A stretch of 64,000 nucleotides of DNA from Antedon mediterranea. Lineage: Eukaryota > Animalia > Echinodermata. Below, piece after piece: positions 1 through 14,015 of this stretch. The stretch lies in NCBI RefSeq assembly GCF_964355755.1, contig NC_092672.1, positions 34,540,437-34,604,436 of the forward strand, in the 5' to 3' direction. The notes under the pieces are model-generated. The model saw only the letters and a program-made list of their open reading frames with translations, was not told the origin of the DNA and made no database searches. Made by a program: the position numbers and the translations under genes. The stretch's first letter is position 1. Each line of letters begins with the position of its first letter.

Positions 1-3000
1 AGCTATTTGCCTCTTTTGCCACTCCTTGGCGCAATCTAGCTATTTTTTGTCTTGTTTTGTTTTGTAAAATGTGTTTGCCAAATTTAATAAAATAAATAAA
101 AAAACAAAATATCTACAAATTAAAAAAAAGTTGTATTTAATAACAGATCAACAACCCATACCATTACGATTGAATCACAAAACACAATATAATAACAAAA
201 TACCGTAATAACAAATAATTTTATTTATTTATTTATTATTTATCCTGTAGATACTTTCAGTACTAGTGCACTGGTACAATGATTTGAAATAACAAACATA
301 ATTAAAGTAAAGACAAAGAGTAACCAAAATTATAAATAAAGAAAATATAATAAAAATACAAATCAATTTTATAATAATACTACAAAACAAAAATAACGAA
401 AACAAAGACGTTGATCCTTGAAATGGTATGACCACTAATAAAAGGCATGATCTTTGATAAAACATGTTAAATATTCCTTACTGCGTTAAATAATTCCTAT
501 ATAAATACCCAATTAAGAGGTGAGGGCTACACAGATATCATTATAATTATATCTCACATGGCGAACACTTCTTCAAAAAATAAACGCTTTGTCAACACCA
601 ACTGGCTATCAGCACATGACTGGACTCAATAGGTCATTGATCAAAAGGTCAAACTAATTATATTAAAAAGATGAAAAACTGACCAGTAACAAATATGTAT
701 GCTGATGATTTCTAATAGCAATCGCTAGTACATGAGATAGTAGACACGCACACACAAATTTCAAATGGTATTACCATCAAGGACTGAAGCAGTATAATGG
801 CGAATATAGCCTATCATATTTTGTTAAATCTTTCCAACCTAAATCTTATGAATGGGATAGGACAGCAGAGTGACGCACTGTACAACTAAAGACTTGTTTA
901 TGAAAGCAATGAAGCGTTGAATATTGGTATACCGGTATATATATTTTAACAGGATGTGCATCAATTGGTCGTTTACTAAACTTATACTATTATATATTTT
1001 TTTCTCTCTGAAATAATATTTCATTTTATCCACATCCAAAACCAAGAGGCCAATAGAATGCCTTAGAGCAAAGGTAGCAGTTAATACTAAATATAAACAT
1101 TATTACATATATAAATCCAAAGGCAAATTTCTGAAAAAATGACAATGCTGTGGGTATCAGTGGCTGGATCTCAATGGAGATACAAAAAAAAAGCGAAAAG
1201 CTATTAATCAAAACGATAAAGTAAACAGCCAGAAAAGTTAGCTGAGCTTTCGGGCAACACTAGCCCTTCATCAGTGCATATATATATACAAATTACATTT
1301 AATTACAACACAACTATACTAGGTATATTCAAATTAGGAAAATAAACAAAATATTAATTATGGACAATGATTCAGAATTTGAATTCACTTTCAAAACACT
1401 ATTTGGTATCAAGAAAACTGTGTGACTGTCCCCTGAATCATTTGGTTAAATATGCCATTTTAATGTTGCATAATATTTATTCACTCTGACCAAAAATTGG
1501 ATGGAAAACAAATTATTTACCTGAAAAACTGTAATCTAAAGCAAAAAATAGTCAAATTGACTGGAAGTCAATGAGTTATTGGCTGAATTTAGTGGAAACT
1601 TTTTAAAGTTTTTTCTACAGAAGTGATTAACATTATTAAAACTCTTTTTTATTAATCTTCATTTTTCATTTTTTTGGGAGACAATTTACATCTTTAAAGC
1701 TTCAATCCCACTGGCTTAAACACAACAACGTAGCCGCAAATAAGTAGACATTATTGGTCAAACTTCTTATTAAGGTGGGCTTACATATTTGTGTTGCATC
1801 CAAGTGGAAACCAAGCTTAAAGGACGTTGCATGAATTTGCTATTGCAATGAGATACCATGGAGTACTCCATGGAGATACAGTACTGATCAACTGTACAGT
1901 ACTGCCCACTTTGCTTCAATCTCAAATGTACCCCTTCTCCTCCTTAAACCTCCAATATATTTTAAAATATAGGCCTACATTTAGGTGCTTTATTGTGCAG
2001 AATTGGGTAGTTAATTGCGAAAAAATGTATAGATAATTTGACACAAAAATCTTAAAGGTTATATGGATGAGTGGATGGATTATTATTATTATTAGTAAAA
2101 GTAAAGTTTGTTGAACAACATAGAAACAATACTATAATCAAGCTTGTGGATTATGTTCTACAAGGAACAAGGTCAAAGGTCAAATGTATGGTTGAAACAC
2201 AAGGTGACAAAACAGCAATATTTGATTGACAGGAGAAGGCTAGCAACTAGTAGGTGACTATTAAGCTTGAGGTTGACCTTTAAGTATGACCTCAACACTT
2301 TAGCATCTGTAAGAGGTGTCCTTCAATGTGTGCAAGGTTGTATATTGACCATAATACACTGACCATTATAATGCAAGGTTATCATACAATATAGAGCTGA
2401 GATAAAATATTGAAAATATCACAAATACAATCTACTTGAAAATTACTGTGCTCTCTTACATACAGTAGTTATTACAACGAGTATTACAACGAGATTTGCC
2501 AATAGTAAAGTGGTTACAGAATTACACCATAAGGCCGGCTGACAATCTAACGCTTCATAGTTAACAATGACAATCTATTATGCAGCTTTTCCGTTAAAAC
2601 TGTGTGGGCACAAAATCCGTAGGGATTAGGGAACAACACACACAAATCCCACACAAATCCCACACAAATCCCACACGGGTCGAATAATTCTGTTTAATTA
2701 TTTAGCCTATTACAATTTCACTATCATACTTTTCTTGAAGGTTTTAAAAAAAACTTGAATGTTCAAATGCATTTGAGATCATAGGTCATAATTGCACAAC
2801 ACATTCACAAGATCAAAGATGTTTTATATAAAATTAACCAGCCAATCACGGCCTGATGATCTCAATATGAGATATGTAATATTTAACAAAACAAGTAACA
2901 ACCAAAAAAACATAATAAAAGCAAGCGTCCTTTATAGTTTTTAACTTTTGAAAAAGACAATTACACAAACCAAAAGTGGTGTTGGTAGTCTATAAGTGCT

Positions 3001-5269
3001 AGCTTACCTGGATAAACCGACATTGGCTAGGTAAGCTAGGCACGGAATAGACAAAAAAAAAATACATACTGCACTTTGTTGGTAAATGACAGTTGTCCTT
3101 ACAATCTCACAGTCTTGGTTCAACTCTAACATCACTCACTAAATCATTTTTCAACTAAAATCAGCTTAATAATCCTGGCACTAAAATGTCAATGAAACAG
3201 TACTATTCGTATAGTACAAATGAAGGTTTCTGCAGCTAGCTCTGCCAACGAGGTTTAGGAAACAAAATAATGTCCAACAATCAGATTTCTGTATAACTTT
3301 TGTCTATACTTAAATTTTATTTAACGCACTTATCCAGGAAGTGGTTGGCAAAGCATTAATTCTCAGGAAACCAATTCCAAACCCATCCTCTTTGGTAAGT
3401 TCGTGAATAAGCTCGCTAATATCTATTAAAAGGTAACCAATACTCTGTCTACACTATCAAATTAGTTTGACAAAAAAGTGTGATGTGCCCAAATATGGCA
3501 GTGATATGCACAAATATGGTATTGATATGACATCATCACATTTTTTTGTCACATGATAGTGTAGATAAGGCTTAAGCATCGTTCTGTGATTGTCTACTAC
3601 TGTACTACCACCTGTCTAATTTGAATACACTATATTTAGTCTCACACCAATTATTTCTCCATGCTCATACAGAAATATTAACATTCTTTTAATGATTCTC
3701 TAATGAAAGTAATGATTTGTACGTTAATTTTCTTGCCATTTGTTTTTCCTTTTTTTTTTAACCTTATTATTATTACTTTTCATTTTTGTTATAGATTTTG
3801 TTCCTATTTTTTCTGCAATTGAAGGAAATAAATGTTTATTTTGAATTGATTTGAAAAAGCAGATAAAAAAACGAGGCTAAAATCGACAAAAAAAGTACTC
3901 AACAATGTGATTATCGTTATGAGATGATGGAGTTACAGTTCTTGAAATACACTATTGTCTGATAGGGGTGTTTGATAAATTGTTATGTTTGAGTTGTAGC
4001 ACTCTCACTGGACCAATGTCAATTTATCCAGAAAAGCTAGGCATGAAATAAACATGCTGTAGCAATCTAATCCTACAAGAAGTAAAATTTCACAGGAATT
4101 AGTACTGAGTGTATTTCAAGTACCTTTACTTTGCGAAAAAAAAAAAAAGTACATATTTTTCAAAAATTACAACCAAGCATAACTAGTTTTAAATTTTTCA
4201 ACTATTTTTATATTATAATTACTTTCTTCTTGCCTTGTTTAAATAGAACTGTTTGTATTATAATTTGTATCCTTTTTATTGAAGTACTTCTGCAAAACGG
4301 ATTTACTTATAAACAAAAAAATGGAAATGACTTGATGAATTATATGGTAAGGAAATACAATTTGCTATTATTGTCAAGAATTCTTAAGGAAAATAAAAAT
4401 AAAAAGAGATCACCGACAGAGTTATGACATTTAAAACGGATCATTGCATACTATTCACGTACAATGAACAATAACCAACCAACTGCTAAGAATTTCCATC
4501 TCGATTTCAAGATAAAGGTATGGTAATATTTAAATTTCAAGCATTCGACGTTGGTATAATGATACCGAAATTAGTATTCCCACTGTATCAAGATATAGAC
4601 AGTGGACATTGATACGGTAGATTCAAGCCATGCATGCTAGAAAACAAATTTGAATGACCTCGAGCTGGACATACACTGCTGAACAGGAGTTCTCAAAGAA
4701 AAAATCTAATCAAAGCAACTTTATGTAATTAACTAAGTTACATAATGGATTAATGTGTCCTTGCTATGTTGTCAGGCCACATTATTGGTTGCTGTTGTCG
4801 GCAAGGCCAGCCCTTCAACAGCACCTATTCAAGGGAAATAATTGTCAATAATTTATTGATAAAGGCTTACAATCTAATAATGTTGTTGAAAAAAATTTAC
4901 CTTGGAAATGATTGGTAGATGGTATATTGCATAAATTTACATAGTTAATTTAAATATTATAATAAACCTATTAGTATGTTCTTGGATTTCACAGAAGTTG
5001 TGGTTACTATGGATACTGGTCAGTTGAAGAAGATACTCAATAACCATATAAGTACACGGACAGTACTTAAATTGACAACTGATAAAATAAAACATATAAA
5101 ATGAAAACTGTAAACGTGACCAATAGAATGATTCAATTGGTTATCAATTCTGTGAGTAATGGTCAAATATGAATTGGGTTTTGGAAATTTCAACTTAGTT
5201 ATTAAGTCTAATCTTTATAAAATTAAAACACTAGCTGATCTTTGTTAAGTAATTTGAATTTGATTACAA

Positions 5270-5745
5270 AACTTAAACTTGATTTCCAAATCTAAACTTT
5301 GTAAATCTAAACTTGGTTAGCAAAAGCTAAATTTTTTAACTCAAATCTAAACTTGGTTAGCAAACCTAAAGTTTGTTACTCAAATCTAAACTTGGTTAGC
5401 AAAGCTAAAGTTTTTTACTCAAATATAAACTTGGTTAGCAAATCTAAACTTGGTTAGCATCTAAACTTGGTTAACAAATCTAGACTTGGTTAGCAAATCT
5501 AAACTTGGTTAGCAAATCTGAACTTGGTTAGCAAATCTAAACTTGGTTAGCAAATCTGAATTTGGTTAACAAATCTAGACTTGGTTAGCAAATCTAAACT
5601 TGGTTAGCAAATCTGAACTTGGTAATAGCAAATCTGAACTTGGTTAGCAAATCTGAACTTGGTTAGCAAATCTAAACTTGGTTAGCATATCTAAACTTGG
5701 TTAGTAAATCTAAACTTGGTTAGCAAATCTAAACTTGGTTAAAAT
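5270..5745. repeat. 19-bp minisatellite (AGCAAATCTAAACTTGGTT)n, ~20+ units
   Basis: Head-to-tail units with no spacers, degenerate at the left end. Confidence 0.95.
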
Positions 5746-8700
5746 AGCAAATACAAACAAAATTTAACTTCAATTATAACAACATTTAAATTACTAATGT
5801 ATAATGTATTTATGCAGAGAAAAAAAAATCAGAATATCTTCAAGATGACTTCCGCAGCCATTATGGTAACATGAAACTTTCATGTCATCAAAACATTAAT
5901 GTATGCATCTGAATATGTTTAATAATTCATGTACCAATGTAATCAAACATTTATTAATGTAATATACAATAATATTATAGCATAATTTGGCCATTCACAA
6001 ATCAAGTTTTACTGTAAAAACAAGCCGTATAAAAAATAATGTTTTAAATATAATTTTGTTGTTCATCAACATTCACATATCTCAGAATTATAATTGAATT
6101 TATTCATTAATTTATTCATTATTTTATTTCCTTCATTTATAAACAATAAGAAATACAATTTCTTAGATAAAAATTATTTTTATTTACAAATAATGATTTG
6201 CACAAATATGGGAGATGGTGAAGTTGATAATGATGATATTGATGATAACGCTGATGATGAATCTACACTACAGTAATAATGACCACAATATAAAATTGAC
6301 AATTATAACAACATTATATATCAATATATTTTGATTAAAAATCATATTCAGTAAAAAATTGTACTAAATAAAAAACATGAAATGCTAATTATATCAATGT
6401 CAAAGGTCACAACATGTTAAGCTGATGTCATGATGCTGTTACACGAATGCCAATCATGTTGGCGCCATGTTGTTTCAATGTGACATCCGAGAAATACAAC
6501 TTTACGTTTTTGCTTGTTACTTGAACATGACTAGGAGTAGGAATAATGTTATTCTTACAAACAGTACATTTGTCTTTTTCAGTATTTTATTATTTATTTA
6601 TTATAAAAAAAAAAGACATTAGAAATAAATTTTTTACTGATGAAATAACAAAATTTAATTGAGTAAAAATATATCTTGAAAAGTTTCAAATACCTAAACA
6701 CAAAATCATTTTTACTTAATGGTTTTCCTTATTCCTTATAAAGAAAGGCATATATTAAGTAAGTTGTAATTGCTTATTTACTATCTCTTGTATGAACAAC
6801 CACAGAATATTTATTACATTTCATAAATTCATAAGTATAACTTAATACCTTGCAATAGTATAATAGTGTAGTAGACTGAAAATTAATACTTAATTTTACA
6901 AATAAATCAATATCATATTTATTAAAAGCTAAATCATTTCTTCTTCTTACTTCCAAATATATTATAAGCTATGTTTCTGTTAAACTTTGTCTACACAAGC
7001 AAACTAGATTGACAAAAAAAGTGTGATGTGCCCGAATATGGTAATGATATGCCCAAATATGGTAGTGATGGTCATCATAATGATAACATCATAAAAATCA
7101 CATTTTGTTGTCACATAAAGTTTGATAGTTTAGACAGGGCTTTAGACATTTTCTAAATTAGTCTTCAATTTGAAGACTGTAGAAAAAATAGCTTACCTGG
7201 ATAAACCAAGCGAGGAGAAGAAAAAAAATGTGAAAAGAAGAATTGTTATTGGAACAACACTCCACCTATCAATGGGATAGTCCGCTAACACCCTCTAGTA
7301 AGACCATCCAATTACTAATTTTTTTATTTGAGCAACCCTTATTTTATACCTCGATCGAGCAACCAAAGATAATGTGTAAGGTTTTAAACTGTGTGTAAAT
7401 AATCCAACTAAACCAAAACAGAAAACAAATAATCTTACTTTATGAAAGTAAAAGAAACAGAGATTCTAAATTTATATATCCTGTAACCAACCAGGTCGCA
7501 CAGCGGTCTTCAACCAAACATACTTTGTTACTATTCATAGACTTACTTACACCATCCACTAATTTCACTTTCAAATTTCAAGCACAATAAAAATATATTT
7601 TATAAATTTAATTTATAAATCGATTCTAAAATATATTAAACCAGAGAAGACTGAATTACAATGTAATTTTACTCTTACCTGATTAAACTCATAATTAACA
7701 TTTTCATTAGCCATCCCATTACTACCTGTACTATTCTAATCTGAATTTGGAGTGAAACAAGTTTGCATCAGGAAAGAGTGAACATTTCAATCTTCTCTGG
7801 ATTGCATTGTGTTTAACATTTGATTTGTAGCAATAAGGTGGTACACTGTATTGTGTCATATTCTACACTGGAAAAAAGTGTCACCTACTTTAACAAATTA
7901 TTTTTTTATCCATAATATGTCTACAGGTAGGCCTAATAGTATTAGTAAAGGAAATATCAAAGTTCCAATTGGTAAATTATAATGCATATGTCTATATGAA
8001 GTTAATAATAGAATGCTTTTTAAATGAATTGCTTGGGGAATAATAATCGTTATTACAGGAAGAGTTGATAAAGGGGTGTTTTTTTTTTCTTACTTTGCCA
8101 GACATTTAACAAGTTATTTTGATAGAGTACATGTAGAAACCCATGTGTTTTCTGTTTCACAAAATAACATTGATTGATCTAATAATAGTGTGTTTTTCTT
8201 TCTAATTATTTTCATGTTTTAAGGTCAAAATAAAGATGTGATTTATGATTAAAATTAAAATAAAAGTAAAAATGTTTCATGGTTTTTGTATCTTAGCAGC
8301 TGGGGTGCATTTTAATGAACTGGATTCATTTTTACTAAGTTTTACTCCAATTTGAGATCAATCATTTTAAATAGACTCTATAATTAAAAGACTATACTTA
8401 AAATAAAGACTTTAAATTGTAAAATAGCTGATCATTTGGGAGAAAGGTTCTATTAAAAAACCAACAAAATGTGGCTCATATCAGAGAGATGTATCTCTCT
8501 GCTCAGATACAGTACACACAAAATAATAGCTGGTCCTGTGTAAATTAAAAACATAACATAATAATGACATGGATGACTATAAATGAAATGTTTTGATTCA
8601 TAATTACTATGATCTAATAAATAAATTATGATAAAAATGATAATCTGAAGCTCTGTCTACACTATCAAACTAGTTTTGGGATGTGCCCAAATATGGTAGT

Positions 8701-11170
8701 GAATGTTTAAATATGGTAGTTATATGACATCATCATGTCTATGGGCACATCACATTTTTTTGTCACATAAAGTTTGATTAGTGTAGAAAGAGCTCAATTA
8801 AGACTATAATTTTGATAAAATGTTGATATTTGATGATGATAACGTATGGAAACAATTATAGAAACTAAATTATATTTTTTAAAGCATTTCAAAGATAGTT
8901 ATTCAATTCAAAAAGCAACCACAACCAAGCCATAGATGTCAAATATACATGACAGCATTACTTATGTAATTAAATATGACTGTATGTATAGTTTACATTG
9001 TGGTCACATCTTTGTATTCACATATCAATGCCTCACTACTGCTGTTCCTGTCACATAAACCTATAATACATTGCCTTTTACTTTGTATTCTTAACTAGTG
9101 TAAAACCACAACTACTACTATCTAATGAATTGGCTGATTAAAATATTGCCCTAATTTGTGGTCAATTTACCAAAATAAAACAACTGTGATTTATGTTGTT
9201 CTAATACTAATAGAGAGAGTAGTAGGAGCTTTAAATCTACTTAACTTCTGTGACTACAGAGGGGGCTAGTCTTGGGTGATTTGCAATGGGAAGGCATGTG
9301 GAGGCCTACCGTATGTTTGTATGGATATTACGGTGTATGGTGGATTAGTAGTGAGTTGAGGTGGTGGGTTAAATCTTTTTAAAAATATAAAGACATTCTC
9401 CATGCAAGGGGACAGAAAGGTTAAACAAAATATCTAGTATTGAATCTGTATTCATCATAAGTTTCATTTACCATTTTCGTAGTATTTGTTGAGAGTAAAA
9501 GGGTAACAATTGCAATTGGATTGATAGAATATTTTTTAGTTTGGCTTATAATTCCAAAATAGAAAAGCAAATTATTTTCCTTGTGCCTGCCATGTACAGT
9601 AAATACCATGTTTGATCACTACCATATTATTATACAATATTCATTAATCAACTATGACAGTGTATTGCAAGTCTGCAGTGAGTCTGTTGTTATATTGTAC
9701 TGTACTGTAGTAATTCATTCTTTGATATTTTATGATTATTCATTGTATAATCAGCAGATTTTCTTTTTCATCATTTATTGCATCGTCTTTAAAATGTTCA
9801 AGATGATATTTTTAAAATTTATTTTTTAATTTTTTAAATTCAAGAATGAAATGAGATGGGAAAGCAGAGGTGGATCCAGCATTATATATTAGGGGGGGCT
9901 AATTAATTCATAATCCGTCGGGTTGCAGGAAAATAAAAATAGTCATTATTTTATTTTAAAAAGACATGGCTGTTAAATTTTAGACGGGGCTAAAGCCTAA
10001 ATCCGCGCCTTGGAAACATTGGACATCCAAGCAAAACATTACTCAAAGTATTGATGTTCTCAGATCACTACTGGGTGTCATTTCCGATTACTTAAAAAAC
10101 CTTACGCAGTTGACATTTCAAATCAGAAAATTAATCCGAACAAAACTTCAAATGTCATGTGAAATAGAAGACACTAATAAGGTTCCTATGGACTGGAAAC
10201 ACAAGAAGGAAGATGGATATCACCGGTAGAATCATGCTAAATTGAAGCTCAAAAGCATGCATTTGGATAATTAATTGTAAAAACATGTGACCAACTTCAA
10301 TTTAGGATAATGGTTCCTTTATAAAGAGCTTGCTGTAATAAAAAGATATTCAATGAATAAATGGAAGAATAGATGGTTTTATGGAGAAATTATTCAAGTT
10401 ATCTGGCAAGGAATAAAATTAATTATGGGATAGATGTGAAAAACAAGTGTACAGGCCTACGTAGTCTCAATTCCGTCCACCCAGTCTATCTAGTTGTCAT
10501 CAAATATTGTTGCATCCAACCTCTTTACATGCCTCTATAGCAGCCCTTATCTATCCACCATTATCCTTATGTCTCTTACCTTTAATTTGTCCGTGTTTAT
10601 TTATTCCACTTGATATAATATCAGTCACATCTTACAGTACACACTTGTAATACTTAATATTACCTACATGATGTACATACTTTGGTATACTGGTACAAAG
10701 TACAACTTTCACTTTGTATAAAATATGTTGGATCAAGCTGTTTCGGGCCAACTTAAGTTACTTTAAATCCAACCCAATCAAACACACCAGACAGAGAGAC
10801 ATTAAGTGGCCAACTGAAGCAATACCAACTTTTCAAATACTCTATCACGCACTACAATCTTATTAATGTTATACTGTACCAGTGATATTTCTATTACAAT
10901 TTAATGACCTAAACCTATAATAATGATAAAACATTATGGCAGTTTCATTTTTGTTCAACGGCACGAACTCATATCATATGATGAACTCAAACTAAATGCT
11001 TATAAAAAAAAAATTAAAACATTGTTAAATTAATATTGAACAGGTATTACAGACTAGACTACAGTCTGCATACATCTGAGTCACACTCTTGTCCCAGACG
11101 CGTTTTGGGGTTTGAGCATGCTCAATCCGAGTTTTCAAATACTCATTTTTTCAGCCGTAGTAAACAATAA

Positions 11171-11438
11171 AGCCTGGTTTCCATTAAAATCGCTACAGCG
11201 TTTCCATTAAAATCGCTACACGCGCAGATGTCGCCGACGCAATCGCGAAGGCTCCCCGATTCATCGCAGTCAAATCGGCAAAGTTCAACCATGTTCAACT
11301 TTGCCGATTGTGTCGGCGATGAATCGTATACGCGTACCAAAGAATATTTAGCGCTCGCGTACTAGATCCCCGATAAATTCTAGTGTTTCCATAGAATCGC
11401 TACGCTCTGTCGTGTAGCGATTTTACGGAAACCAGGCT
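11171..11438. mobile_element. Harbinger-like MITE
   Basis: TIR AGCCTGGTTTCC(A/G)T...AAAATCGCTAC with a CpG-rich palindromic interior and TAA on the left flank. Confidence 0.7.
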
Positions 11439-11557
11439 AAAGCTGCTGCTATGGTCACTGTTTCCTATTGATTCCATTCTCTTGAATGTTACTGCCTCAA
11501 AACTATCAATCTGATCTATTGTTATATTTATTTGATTGAAAAGAATCCACATCTTAA

Positions 11558-11718
11558 AGCTCTGTCTACACTATCAAACTAGTTTAACAAAAAAGGTGTG
11601 ATGTGACCAAATATAGTAGTTATACACCCAAATATGGTAGTGATATGACATCATCATGTCCATATATGACCACATCACATTGTTTTGTCACATAAAGTTT
11701 GATAGTTTAGACAGAGCT
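11558..11718. mobile_element. MITE family A copy
   Basis: Full TIR pair AGCTCTGTCTACACTATCAAACT / AGTTTGATAGTTTAGACAGAGCT. Confidence 0.8.
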
Positions 11719-13502
11719 TTACTTACCATTTCATACCGTACCATTAATAATATAGAGGAAAGGCCTAATTGTACAATCCAAGTGGATAAACCCATCTAAA
11801 ACAGGGACCATTTGGTGACGTTTCAACCTGACCACTTTTAGGACTTACAGAAACTACTATATTGGCAAAAAATCAACATCCAAAAAAGTGTTATTTTTTG
11901 GGTTATTCATTGAAATGTTTTTTTACTGTACAATTGATCAGAATATGTTAACGATTAATTAAGAAAAATTTCAAACCAGTATAATTAAACAGCCTAATTT
12001 AATAAACAAAATACCTAACTCTGTACACTACACAAACAACATAAAACCAAGCAATACTTACAATGGTATACACTGTGCTTAGAACGTGCTTACCTCAACA
12101 TATCTGGTTTAGATTCTATATTTCAACCTACTTCAAAGGCATTATGTACATTCCTGTAGAATACCTATGACCTCATCATAAACTGCTTTTTAACATAAAA
12201 CTTGCGACATACACTTTTCATTACAAATATGTGCTACAGAGCATTTAGCAACATTAGCCACTCCATAATCTTTTTGCTTTTCTTCTTTATATCTATATTT
12301 TATATTTTTTAATTTATACTAACAAATATCCTTATTATTAATATTAAAATCATAACAATAAATATAAAAAAATATATATAAAATAATAATTATCGCATAA
12401 TATACAGTCTAGGATAATTAATTGATATACAAAATCATTACACCCAACTACTATCTTCATATCCTTATGCGGAACATCATTTGAATAATAGAACAAATCA
12501 CACATCTACACATAATCAAACATCGTATACTCTATCTCTAACAATCGACAAAAGCCGAAGTATAATCATTATCTCGGGACCGTTCTATGGTCACAACCAG
12601 GTAGGCTTACTTCATCAAGGCTTCTATGAATCGATGACGAGTTGAGAGCAGGAACGCTAGTAGACCAAACCCAGTACCGTTTTGATTACGATCATGCGGG
12701 AAATTACCTCACGACGATAGTAAATCTCATGCATTTCATTTCAGTTATCAATAAATTATTACCATATTTAATTATTTGTAATTATATTTTCATAGAGTGT
12801 TTTATCTTGCTTTTTCTTTTATATTCTTTCTTTACATAGACCATAGACTTATTCATTTGAATCAAAAAAAGCAATCAGCTATAAATAATTAAATTCTAAA
12901 CTGATTGTGAACTTATATTTCAAACATCAATCCAACATAATATAAAAACTCCTGCATGTACAGTACAAACCTACTGTATAGACTTCTATATGAATTTGAG
13001 TTCATTAGTTACAGACTAGTATAATTAAATACCCTTATCTGTAAAGTGTGTGGAATGGTTTTGCTCTACAAATATTATACAGTTGACACAGAAAATTATG
13101 CCAATCACGAATTATGTATGTGTAATGTATTATGATTAGATTAAAAATGTTTGTATTAGGACTATTGTCTTACTGAAGCGACATTATTATTAATGCATGC
13201 AAGGCGAAAATTTCATTTGAAAAGTTTGATTAGTGAAATTGATCTAAGTCTTCTAAAGGAACATAGTTTTCTACTGCATTTTCTGTAGTCCTACAGTACG
13301 TTTAATGAATTCTCCTCTTTCTATTCTTTTTTCTTTCTTTATACTAACTGTAATGCTTTATGTATGTTTATGAATGTGCATGAAGAATGCAATAAAGAAG
13401 AATCATTTGTAGTTTTGTGTAAATCTCTGTCTACACTATCAAACTCTACAGTATGTTAGTTGTTACAATATAATGTGATGTACTGTACCCATCCATATAC
13501 TA

Positions 13503-14015
13503 CAGGGTTGGGTAGGTTTGGCCAGTATGCGTACCTTTTTATGGCCAGCGGGCGTCCCGGATATAGCGCAATATGGCCAGCGGGCGTCCAATTATTGCGC
13601 AATATTTTTTTTATGGCACATGTCCGTGCGTTTGAAATACGTACAATGCGACAGAGGGCGTTATATTTCAATTTTCCGCGCGAGATGCCGGCCGGCCACG
13701 GACCGGGCTGCGTGGATAGCTATGGGATCATCGGCCGGCGGAGAGAGTCGCTGTCCCTGTGATGTCCCAGATACATAGGCTTTTAGAGGCCTCAGTTCCG
13801 GCTTGCCCTACTTGCAAATGCTGTATATATAAAATAAATGATGTATATTGCACCTAGGCTCTGTCGCATTGTACGTATTTCACACACACGGAGCGGACGC
13901 TGCCATTGAAAAAATATTGCGCAATAATTGGACGGCCGCTGGCCATATTGCGCAATATCCGGGCCGCCCGCTGGCCATAAAAAGGTACGCATACTGGCCA
14001 AACCTACCCAACCCG
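13503..14015. mobile_element. Long-TIR non-autonomous DNA transposon (Tc1/mariner-like), nested in a family A MITE (13425-14140)
   Basis: ~150-bp TIRs GGGTTGGGTAGGTTTGGCCAGTATGCGTACC...GCGACAGAG, TA on both flanks, and family A halves on either side. Confidence 0.8.

Noticed and set aside
5270-5745. CRISPR-like array
   Set aside because: Units are contiguous with no unique spacers, the context is eukaryotic and there are no cas genes.
12555-12839. Stop-readthrough or selenoprotein ORF (..SSRLL*IDDELRAG..)
   Set aside because: No recognisable homology, readthrough context or SECIS, so there is insufficient support.
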